In this document: positions 25,335 through 32,000 of the stretch, piece by piece | Numbering within the stretch: the stretch's first letter is position 1 | Layout: the number at the start of each line of letters is the position of its first letter | Assembly: GCA_910583945.1 (NCBI GenBank) | Contig: CAJTYF010000007.1 | Location: 1 to 32,000, forward strand | Direction of reading: 5' to 3' | Origin: an uncultured Bacilli bacterium | GTDB lineage: Bacteria; Bacillota_I; Bacilli_A; RF39; UBA660 | DNA: 32,000 nucleotides | Notes under the pieces: model-generated | Told to the model about the DNA's origin: nothing | What the model saw: the letters and a program-made list of their open reading frames with translations, nothing else | Databases searched by the model: none | Translations under genes and position numbers: made by a program

Positions 25335-25392
25335 ACAATTTCACCCCTAAATCATAAATTGGCTTTATTTTATCTCAGTTTCTATTTTTTGT

Positions 25393-25422
25393 CTATAAAA
25401 AAAAGCTCTTTTAAAAGCTTTT
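25393..25422 (-). terminator. rho-independent terminator after tRNA-Glu
   Basis: On the minus strand: AAAAGCT-8 nt-AGCTTTT followed by a T-run. Confidence 0.55.
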
Positions 25423-25431
25423 AATGTCTAT

Positions 25432-25508
25432 TGGTAGGATGTACGGGTTTCGAACCCGTGAATACCACCTTGAGAGGGTGGCGTGTTAAACCCCTTCACC
25501 AACATCCC
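25432..25508 (-). tRNA. tRNA-Glu (anticodon CTC), encoded CCA
   Basis: The reverse complement GGGATGTTGGTGAAGGGGTTTAACACGCCACCCTCTCAAGGTGGTATTCACGGGTTCGAAACCCGTACATCCTACCA has a Glu-type short 3 bp D stem, anticodon stem CCACC/GGTGG, loop CTCTCAA and a G1:U72 wobble. Confidence 0.85.
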
Positions 25509-25575
25509 AAAAAATAATGCCTTTTTCTTAAGACATTATTATGTTATCATACCTACATTCTTTTTTCAATAGCAA

Positions 25576-25989
25576 TTAACGTCCTCTACTTTCCGTTGCT
25601 GTTTTATCATCTGGAAGCAAAGCTTTTAAATCTTCAACAGTTTGTGGAACATAGCCACGTAATTGTTCAGTAGTAAAACCTATTCTATTTAGTTCAATAC
25701 TAGCTCGAACAATTTGTTCATTGATAGATAAATCATCTTCAGGACGATAAGGCATTAAATATTTTCCTATTTGCTTTCCCTGAAATAAAAGTAATTTTTC
25801 TAAAGGCTTAAGATAATACCTGTCAGCAATCTGATACCTTTGTTTTAAACGTTGTCTCATATTTTCATCTAGAATAGTATGAAATTCACTAGGTTTCATA
25901 TAGAGAAAAGATTGCATTTTTTCTTCTGTATCCATTGAATCTAATAAAGCTTTCATATCCTCCATTGAAAAATCAAATTCGTCATCCAT
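25576..25989 (-). CDS. hypothetical acidic protein, 137 aa
   Basis: Clean ORF with a terminator-like hairpin downstream. No motif recognised. Confidence 0.5.
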   Translation of the reverse strand: MDDEFDFSMEDMKALLDSMDTEEKMQSFLYMKPSEFHTILDENMRQRLKQRYQIADRYYLKPLEKLLLFQGKQIGKYLMPYRPEDDLSINEQIVRASIELNRIGFTTEQLRGYVPQTVEDLKALLPDDKTATESRGR

Positions 25990-26069
25990 ATTATCACTCC
26001 TATTCTATATTTATTATACCCAAATCATAAATTTAATAAAAGGATTTTCGTCTAATTTACGTCAAATAA

Positions 26070-26432
26070 TTATTCCTTCTCTAAATCAATAGAATCATAA
26101 GCCCCTAAATCATACACTTGATACCCCAAACCTTTTAAAGTATTATAAGCCAGTTTACTTCTATTGCCACTTCGACAATAAACGAGCAATACTTTACTTT
26201 TATCAAGAAAAGAGAGATTTTCACGAATCACATCATGAGGAATATTTAAAGCCCCAACTAAGTGCCCCTTACTAAATTCTTCCTCTGATCGAACATCCAA
26301 AAGAATATAATTATTTTCAGAAATAATTTGTTCCAATGTTTTTTCTTCTTGAACCTTAGATTCAGAACTTTTACACCCTGTAATACAAAAAATAAAAAGT
26401 AAACATCCCAAAATAAAAATAATCTTTTTCAT
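26070..26432 (-). CDS. rhodanese-domain lipoprotein
   Basis: Lipobox CITGC and rhodanese active-site loop CRSGNRS. The ATG at 26432 lies 8 nt after AAGGAG. Confidence 0.8.
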   Translation of the reverse strand: MKKIIFILGCLLFIFCITGCKSSESKVQEEKTLEQIISENNYILLDVRSEEEFSKGHLVGALNIPHDVIRENLSFLDKSKVLLVYCRSGNRSKLAYNTLKGLGYQVYDLGAYDSIDLEKE

Positions 26433-26499
26433 AAAATACACTCCTTATACACGGTTTTATTATAACATAAAAAAAGTAAAACTGTGTTTACTTTAAAAT

Positions 26500-26880
26500 T
26501 TAATCAGCAAGGGTTAAAATAAAACCATTATTATCAAAAATAGCAAATTCATTTTTACCATAAAAAGTTTTATGAAGTTCACTTGCTAGTTGAACCTTCT
26601 CTTTTAAGATATCATACAGCTCCAAAACATTAGATACCGTAATAAACAAGGTTAAACAAGGTTTAATTTCTTCACAATCTAAGCTTGGGTACTCTTGAAT
26701 CAAATTTTTTTGTTCTTGAAACATAAGCGTAATGTTATCTTTCTTAAGAATAGTAAATTGTAAATCTTCTCCCGTTTCTGGTATCGTTAATACTTTTTGA
26801 AAGCCCAACATCTCTTCATAAAATTTTAGCGTTTCAAATACACTCTTAACCATTAAATTTGGTGTTAAATTTTCATACAT
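26500..26880 (-). CDS. VOC-family (glyoxalase/bleomycin-resistance fold) protein
   Basis: Its size and the pattern TPNLMVKSV..T..FYEEMLGF...FAIFDNNGFILTL are typical of the family. Confidence 0.6.
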   Translation of the reverse strand: MYENLTPNLMVKSVFETLKFYEEMLGFQKVLTIPETGEDLQFTILKKDNITLMFQEQKNLIQEYPSLDCEEIKPCLTLFITVSNVLELYDILKEKVQLASELHKTFYGKNEFAIFDNNGFILTLAD

Positions 26881-26944
26881 ATCTTTTTTCCTCCAACCTT
26901 AAAATAGCAAAAAAATAAAAAAACGTATTGTAAAAAAAAGACAT

Positions 26945-27707
26945 TTAATTTTGTATAAGTTCAAGTGGAGAAAAACCTGTATATCTTTTAATTTCTTTTA
27001 TAAAATGAGATTGATCATAAAAACCGCATAAATTCCATTAAATTTTTTTGTTCCAGTAACAAAGTTAAACACAAATGTAATCTTAAAATATTTAAAAGTA
27101 CTTTAGGAGACACACCATAATATTTCTTAAATATTCGATTCAAATGCCTTGAGTGATAGCCAAAAGTTTTAGCCATTTCATAAACTCGTTGTTCTCGTGG
27201 TTCTTTATACAACTTATCCACCCATAAAAGCATTCTTTTATCTTCTATATGTGTGACTTTTGATAACAAATAATCTTTTAATAATAGCTTTCTATTAAAA
27301 TCTTTTTTTATCATAAAAATATTTTTTAAAGTATCACTAGAATCAAGATCTTCAAAAAGAATAGGATGATCCATCACTTTTGATGCCTCTATATGAAACA
27401 TCAGAAAAAAACTACTTGGCTTTAAACGTACTCCCAGAATGTCAATTCTTTGCTTAAGTTCTAAAACCATCGTTTCTTTACTAAATCCAGCAAAGCATAT
27501 GATTTCATTTGTAAAATCAATAACAATATCAATACAAGCATCAGGTAAAATAGACAACGCTATCTCATTAGAGCAAATCCTTTTCGATTGCATACTCCAA
27601 AAACACATCACGTAATCCTTTAACTCTTCTATTTCCTGTTCTTGATAATCTACATTAATTTGAAACTCCTTATTTAATAAATAAGGAACTTGTTTAGGAT
27701 AAAACAT
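26945..27707 (-). pseudogene. AraC-family regulator with a frameshift inside the second HTH
   Basis: The track ORF ends ..LLEQKNLMEFMRFL with a TGA at 27015. The conserved end of the AraC domain, CGFYDQSHFIKEIKRYTGFSPLELIQN, is in another frame (26945-27037). The shift lies near 27025-27040. Confidence 0.75.
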
Positions 27708-27745
27708 AAACGTACCAAAATTAAAAAAAGTTCTAAATCAGAACT

Positions 27746-28201
27746 TTATTTTGTACAAGTTGCTCCAACACTTGATGATTCATACATAGCTTTGATATCA
27801 TCAATTTTGATTTTACCATCTTTAATTAATTGAGCATTAGCACTATCAATTTCAATCATTTTTTTAGTGTCTACTTTACTGTAATCAACTTCTAAAGTAC
27901 TTGTTAAAGTATCACCGTCGATTTTAAGCTCATAATTATAATGTTCAACATCTTTATAAGGTTCATAAATAGCTTCAACAGCTTCCTTATAATTTTCTAG
28001 AACATCTTTAGAACTACTTGTTACTTTTTCTATAGATTTTACTTTACTTACGGTATCTTTTGAATACTCTACTTCATAACGTAAATCCATACCTAAACCA
28101 TTTTGGTTCATACTTCTTGTACATGTCATTGTTTTAGTTTCATTTCCACAACCAGTTAAACAAAACAAAGACACAACAATTAGCATCATTATTTTTTTCA
28201 T
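27746..28201 (-). CDS. lipoprotein, YehR/DUF1307-like
   Basis: Lipobox CLTGC. The size and MTCT..NG....YEVEY.KDTV pattern fit the family, but the family call is tentative. Confidence 0.6.
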   Translation of the reverse strand: MKKIMMLIVVSLFCLTGCGNETKTMTCTRSMNQNGLGMDLRYEVEYSKDTVSKVKSIEKVTSSSKDVLENYKEAVEAIYEPYKDVEHYNYELKIDGDTLTSTLEVDYSKVDTKKMIEIDSANAQLIKDGKIKIDDIKAMYESSSVGATCTK

Positions 28202-28275
28202 ATAAACACCTCTTCCTATTTAATTGTATCATACACAATTAAAAAAATGTACAAAAAAAGTAGAAAAAGATCTAC

Positions 28276-28698
28276 TTAATCAATTCGAACGTATTTTTTT
28301 TCTGGAAGTTCTTTCTTTTCCTCAACTTTAGGAATTTCTAATTTCAAAACACCATTATTAAATTGGGCACAAACATCTTCTGTTTCTAGAGCTTCTCCAA
28401 CATAAAAACTTCTTGAACACTCTCCAAAATACCTTTCACGGCGAACATATTTTCCCTCTTCTTTTTCATCTATCTCATTTTTCTTAGAAGCATGAATCGT
28501 TAAATAACCATTCTCTACATCTATTTTAATATCCTCTTTCTCATAACCTGGCAAATCAACAATGATAGAAAAACATTCTTCATTTTCCTTAATATCCGTT
28601 TTCATTACTTTTGTTTCACTTTCTCTAAAAAACGGATCACTAAAAATATCTTCTAAAAGTCCAAAATCATTTCTTCTTGGTATCATCATCATAAACAA
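28276..28698 (-). CDS. Hsp20/alpha-crystallin small heat-shock protein
   Basis: MKTDIKENEECFSIIVDLPGYEKEDIKIDVENGYLTI...FNNGVLKLEIPK. Confidence 0.9.
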   Translation of the reverse strand: MFMMMIPRRNDFGLLEDIFSDPFFRESETKVMKTDIKENEECFSIIVDLPGYEKEDIKIDVENGYLTIHASKKNEIDEKEEGKYVRRERYFGECSRSFYVGEALETEDVCAQFNNGVLKLEIPKVEEKKELPEKKYVRID

Positions 28699-28764
28699 TC
28701 ATTTCCTTTCTTTTTTATAATACACAATACCCGCAAAAAGTATACTAGAACTTTTTACAAATTA

Positions 28765-28793
28765 ATCATATCACAATCTTTTAGCACTGTCAA
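28765..28793 (-). promoter_or_regulatory. sigma-A promoter of hsp20
   Basis: Minus strand reads TTGACA (28788-28793), 17 nt spacer, TATGAT (28765-28770). The -35 lies inside the CIRCE element. Confidence 0.55.
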
Positions 28794-28807
28794 TATCAAA
28801 GTGCTAA
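28781..28807. promoter_or_regulatory. CIRCE-like HrcA operator
   Basis: TTAGCACTG-N9-AAGTGCTAA matches the consensus TTAGCACTC-N9-GAGTGCTAA at 16 of 18 positions, and the 8 bp arms are perfectly inverted. Confidence 0.7.
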
Positions 28808-28812
28808 TCATT

Positions 28813-30048
28813 TTAATCTGGAACTTTCATAATAAAATAACCTTGACTCACTTCATCTCCATTATAGGCATACAATTTTCCCTTGCTCACTCCTAAATGA
28901 TTGTATTTAATAGCAAGAATTCCTTTTTCGTTACTTTTGGAATTTCTTGTTCCATCGTACACCACTTTAAATTTACCATCACTTAAATACTCAACATCTG
29001 TAATGACAACCTCTCCCTCATTCACAGTAGTTACTACTCTTAAAGTACTTGGAATTTTTTGTTTCACATTCTCTTGAAAAGTATGATAAACCTCTTTATT
29101 ATAAATTGTTTCATGATCGATAACATAATTTCCATCTTTTCGAGCTTCTTCTAAAGAGTAATCATTAGGAAGAAGTTCTAACTTTCGAAATTGAGTATCA
29201 ATAGAACAAGAATTCCCGATACCATAATTAATAAATACTTTATTAAAAATTTTTCCTTTAATAAGACCATACTCAGTAATCGTATAGTCCTGTTCTTGAT
29301 TATAATAATACTTCTTTCCATCACAATCTAAAACTTCATATTGACTAATAATTTTTTCCATTTCTTTTTTTAAAGAGTCGTAGCTTCGAGGTCCAGAAAA
29401 AATAGCATTATAATTACAACATTCTTCACTTAATTTCATAAACTTCGGTACATCAAGTCTTTTTTTAGATGCCTCTGATAAATGGGTACTTGTACCATAA
29501 GGATAATGATACAAAACAAATAAGCTCACTAGAAAAACGACAAAAAAGACCCATCTAATTTTAAACTTTTTTTTCTTTGGAACTTCCTTCTTTTCTTCCT
29601 CAAAAACATCTTTAATAATTTCTTTTCGTTTATTTTCAATTTCTAAATCTTGAATGGCCTTATCTTTTTCGATTTTTTTAGGCTTTTCTTTTACTTTTTT
29701 GGGAACTTTTGGTTCTACTTTCTTCTCTATTTTTTCTTTGGTTTGATTCTTTTTCGTTTTTTTGATTTCTTCTGATTTAGAAGAACTTATTTTATTCTTA
29801 ACTTGACTTTCTTTAACTTTTTTAACTTCATTTTTTTTAACCGTTTCTTTTTTTACGGAAGAACCTGTCTTTTTCTTGACTTCACTTGATTTCTTTTTTA
29901 CTTCTGTACTTTTATTTTTAATACTTTGAGTAACCTTTTTTTGAACTTTTTTCTTCTTGTTTTTAATCTCTCTTTTTTTCGTAGTCTGACGGTTTAATTG
30001 CTTTTTTTTCTTTTTTACATTTTTCTTCCTCTGTGCCATCTTCTTCAC
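28813..30048 (-). CDS. single-pass membrane protein: Lys-rich disordered N-terminal tail, TM helix, globular C-terminal domain (DUF4362-like?)
   Basis: The first about 165 aa are roughly 40% Lys with reiterated (S/T)EVKKK-type units. TM helix WVFFVVFLVSLFVLY. The C-terminal VIDHETIYNKEVYHTFQENV...LRVVTTVNEGEVVITDVEY resembles DUF4362. Confidence 0.6.
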   Translation of the reverse strand: MKKMAQRKKNVKKKKKQLNRQTTKKREIKNKKKKVQKKVTQSIKNKSTEVKKKSSEVKKKTGSSVKKETVKKNEVKKVKESQVKNKISSSKSEEIKKTKKNQTKEKIEKKVEPKVPKKVKEKPKKIEKDKAIQDLEIENKRKEIIKDVFEEEKKEVPKKKKFKIRWVFFVVFLVSLFVLYHYPYGTSTHLSEASKKRLDVPKFMKLSEECCNYNAIFSGPRSYDSLKKEMEKIISQYEVLDCDGKKYYYNQEQDYTITEYGLIKGKIFNKVFINYGIGNSCSIDTQFRKLELLPNDYSLEEARKDGNYVIDHETIYNKEVYHTFQENVKQKIPSTLRVVTTVNEGEVVITDVEYLSDGKFKVVYDGTRNSKSNEKGILAIKYNHLGVSKGKLYAYNGDEVSQGYFIMKVPD

Positions 30049-30134
30049 CTTATTTTCTTGGAAATATTATAACTAAATTAATAAAAAAAAGAAACTCTTT
30101 TTCATAAATTTTCCCCAAAAAAAAAGAGACGGCT

Positions 30135-31412
30135 TTATTCCTTGGGCTTTAAAATCGTCACTTCCATATTTTTTAAATCAATCTTCTCCATAACTTGAAG
30201 AACTTTATCATAAGTAATGGATTCAATTCGTTCTTTTAAATCATCAATAATATCCCCAAAAGAAATAATTTCCTCTTGCATCATTTCATTAACATTTTGA
30301 ATATCATCATAATTTAAAACCAATGTAGCAATACTTGAATTCACTTTTCTTTTAAAATTTTCTTCGGTCATTTTTAATTTCTTAAATTGATTCTTTACTT
30401 CTTTAATGGCATATTCAGGATAACTGGTCTCCATTGAAACCGTTAAAACAGCATAATCTCCACAAAAATGACGATTAAAGCTCAAATAATGAATCAATTC
30501 TTTTTCCATAAGCTCTTCTTTTAAATCACTCGTTGACCCAAAATTACTATTTAAAATTAAGGACAAAATAACTCTTAATTCGATAGGATCCATCGCTTTA
30601 AAGTTACTTAAAGGGATTTTAATAGAAATCTTAACTTTAGTATTTTCTACATTTCCAGTTATCTCACATTTCTCTTTAACCACATTCACAGGTTCTTTAA
30701 TCTTTTTCATCTTTGGTTGACGATAATTAGGAATTTTTTTCTTCTTTAATTGATTCTCTGCCACTTTAAAAACATCATAAGGATTTACATTCCCTGTCAC
30801 GATTAAAAACATATTTTCGGGATGATAAAACGTATTAAAAATAAGCTCAATATCCTCTAAAGTAATCTTTTTAATATCTTCTTTTTCTCCCGTTATGATT
30901 TCTTTATATTTATACTTATGGAAAACATTTTCATAGTTTTTATAAAAAATCTGACTATCAGGAGAATCCTTTTGCATTCCTAACTCTTCTAAAATAATAT
31001 TTCTTTCTTTATTGACATTTTTTTTATTAAAACAAGGGGTTAATACAAATTCTAACAAATGCTCTAAATTTTCTTTAATGGCTTGAGTCGTATAAACATG
31101 ATAGCACGTATATTCAAACGTTGTAAAAGCATTAACATCACTTCCATACTGATTAAAAAAATCCGTTGCGGTGGTTCCATCTGGCTCATAAAACTTCAAA
31201 TGTTCTATAAAATGAGCAATCCCACTAGGTACTTTATGGTACTTCACTTCATTATTATTCTTAAACTCTTGATGAATTGAACCATATTTTACACCAAGAG
31301 CCATAAACGTTCCTTTCACTTTATCATTTTTTAAAACGTATGTAGGCATTTTATCTAAAATCTTCTCATACCAAACGCTTTCATCTAATCCTTTTAAAAC
31401 AATTTCTCTCAT
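30135..31412 (-). CDS. M16-family zinc peptidase (insulinase-like, active HxxEH)
   Basis: The inverted zinc motif HFIEH in GIAHFIEHLKF with a downstream E-rich segment. The start overlaps the upstream partner's stop (ATGA). Confidence 0.85.
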   Translation of the reverse strand: MREIVLKGLDESVWYEKILDKMPTYVLKNDKVKGTFMALGVKYGSIHQEFKNNNEVKYHKVPSGIAHFIEHLKFYEPDGTTATDFFNQYGSDVNAFTTFEYTCYHVYTTQAIKENLEHLLEFVLTPCFNKKNVNKERNIILEELGMQKDSPDSQIFYKNYENVFHKYKYKEIITGEKEDIKKITLEDIELIFNTFYHPENMFLIVTGNVNPYDVFKVAENQLKKKKIPNYRQPKMKKIKEPVNVVKEKCEITGNVENTKVKISIKIPLSNFKAMDPIELRVILSLILNSNFGSTSDLKEELMEKELIHYLSFNRHFCGDYAVLTVSMETSYPEYAIKEVKNQFKKLKMTEENFKRKVNSSIATLVLNYDDIQNVNEMMQEEIISFGDIIDDLKERIESITYDKVLQVMEKIDLKNMEVTILKPKE

Positions 31413-32000
31413 TTGTCATCCCCCTTACTTTCGAGCTCATACACAAAATTAATTTTAAATTTTTTTCCTAAATTAACCAAATCTTTTAAAGTCACCAAGT
31501 CGTATTTTTCTTTTAAATCTTTATAAAGAGGCGTACCCGTAATACTATGAAAAGCATAGTTATTCATCAAACTATTTTGATTATCAACGACAATATCTAA
31601 CGAAGTATAAAGTTGTTTTTTTGCAGTACAAAATTCTTCATTACTAATCTTTCCACTCATCATTTCTTTCATGCTCTTTTTAATCAATTTAATTGCCAGA
31701 GGAACATTCTTTTTATCTAAACCCACGTAAACATAATACATATTATCATATTTTGAAACAATAGACGATACACTATAACAAAGTTCATTTTCTTCTCTTA
31801 AAGCTTTATAAAGTTTTGAATTCAATCCTCCGCTACATAAAATTTCATCAAACAGAGTAAGGGTTATAAATCGCTCTTCTTTGGTTAAATCTTTCATATT
31901 AAATCCAACAACTAAACTGGTTTGGTTAAAATCAGCCGTTTCTTTTACTTTTAACTCACGACTTCGTCTTTTATTATCAACATAAGGATCTAACGCATGA
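31409..32000 (-). CDS. M16-family peptidase partner, C-terminal part (5' end beyond the window)
   Basis: The frame stays open from 31897 to the window edge (..HALDPYVDNKRRSRELKVKETADFNQTSLVVGFNMKD..). ILCSGGLNSKLYKALREENELCYSV is the typical M16 C-domain block. Confidence 0.8.
   Translation of the reverse strand, partial: HALDPYVDNKRRSRELKVKETADFNQTSLVVGFNMKDLTKEERFITLTLFDEILCSGGLNSKLYKALREENELCYSVSSIVSKYDNMYYVYVGLDKKNVPLAIKLIKKSMKEMMSGKISNEEFCTAKKQLYTSLDIVVDNQNSLMNNYAFHSITGTPLYKDLKEKYDLVTLKDLVNLGKKFKINFVYELESKGDDK

Noticed and set aside
25432-25508. Reading the anticodon loop CTCTCAA as containing UCA, which would make this a UGA-suppressor or Sec-like tRNA able to read through the TGA at 6088.
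   Set aside because: With the only 5 bp anticodon stem available (CCACC/GGTGG), the 7-nt loop places CUC at positions 34-36. The D arm and short variable loop are Glu-type, not Sec-type.
29560-30048. Low-complexity A/T-rich repetitive DNA as a possible tandem repeat or CRISPR-like array.
   Set aside because: It is the coding sequence of the Lys-rich tail (AAA/AAG codon reiteration), with no constant-length repeat and spacer structure. No CRISPR array is evident anywhere in the window.
3853-31280. ORF-track entries lying antisense to, or in an alternative frame within, well-supported genes: 3853-4056, 4347-4640, 4695-5045, 6470-6652, 9485-9712, 11814-12014, 12988-13212, 13136-13396, 13791-14006, 14655-14906, 16279-16515, 18505-18705, 22744-22929, 23659-23853, 31083-31280.
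   Set aside because: Each is fully or mostly embedded in a gene with clear family motifs. None has a Shine-Dalgarno site or a recognisable domain, and their low-complexity Ile/Phe/Leu/Ser-rich composition is typical of chance ORFs in AT-rich DNA.

Overview
AT-rich (roughly 28-30% GC by eye) chromosomal segment of a low-GC Bacillota. It probably belongs to an endospore-lineage Erysipelotrichales/Clostridia-like organism, because sigG, ylmC/ymxH, a dacB-like PBP and a ytvI-like AI-2E transporter are present. The genetic code is standard: long conserved ORFs are intact, and TGA ends three reading frames (lspA, the TtcA-like gene and the frameshifted AraC-family ORF). Nearly all genes are on the minus strand. 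Housekeeping content: tRNA-Met, VanY-type M15 peptidase, CaCA antiporter, rhomboid protease, rluD, lspA, ylmC/ymxH, dut-nrdG-nrdD, Crp/Fnr regulator, sigG, NatAB/YhaQP-type ABC exporter, S11 D-Ala-D-Ala carboxypeptidase, YtxH, TtcA-like PP-loop enzyme, AI-2E transporter, tRNA-Glu(CUC), rhodanese lipoprotein, VOC protein, Hsp20 and an M16 peptidase pair. Accessory or unusual content: (1) a 1.2 kb cassette next to tRNA-Met, bracketed by a degenerate duplication of the tRNA 3' end plus its terminator, which carries an XRE-HTH::CYTH (class IV adenylate cyclase-like) fusion and a structured ORF-poor region; (2) a terminator-bounded block of RhuM-family protein, bacterial QNG1/DUF2419 homologue and a secreted protein interrupted by one in-frame TGA; (3) an orphan HipA-like kinase. 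Three decayed genes are visible: citrate synthase, an AraC regulator and the surface protein. Notable regulatory architecture: a G10 tract filling the spacer of a consensus TTGACA/TATAAT promoter ahead of the ABC exporter (phase-variation design); a perfect 22 bp palindrome between mirrored extended -10 boxes of nrdD and the Crp/Fnr gene; a CIRCE operator overlapping the hsp20 promoter; and phased TAGAACCAT direct repeats at the vanY-like promoter. No CRISPR array, transposase or integrase was seen. All functional calls rest on my reading of motifs in the translated ORFs; no database search was run.
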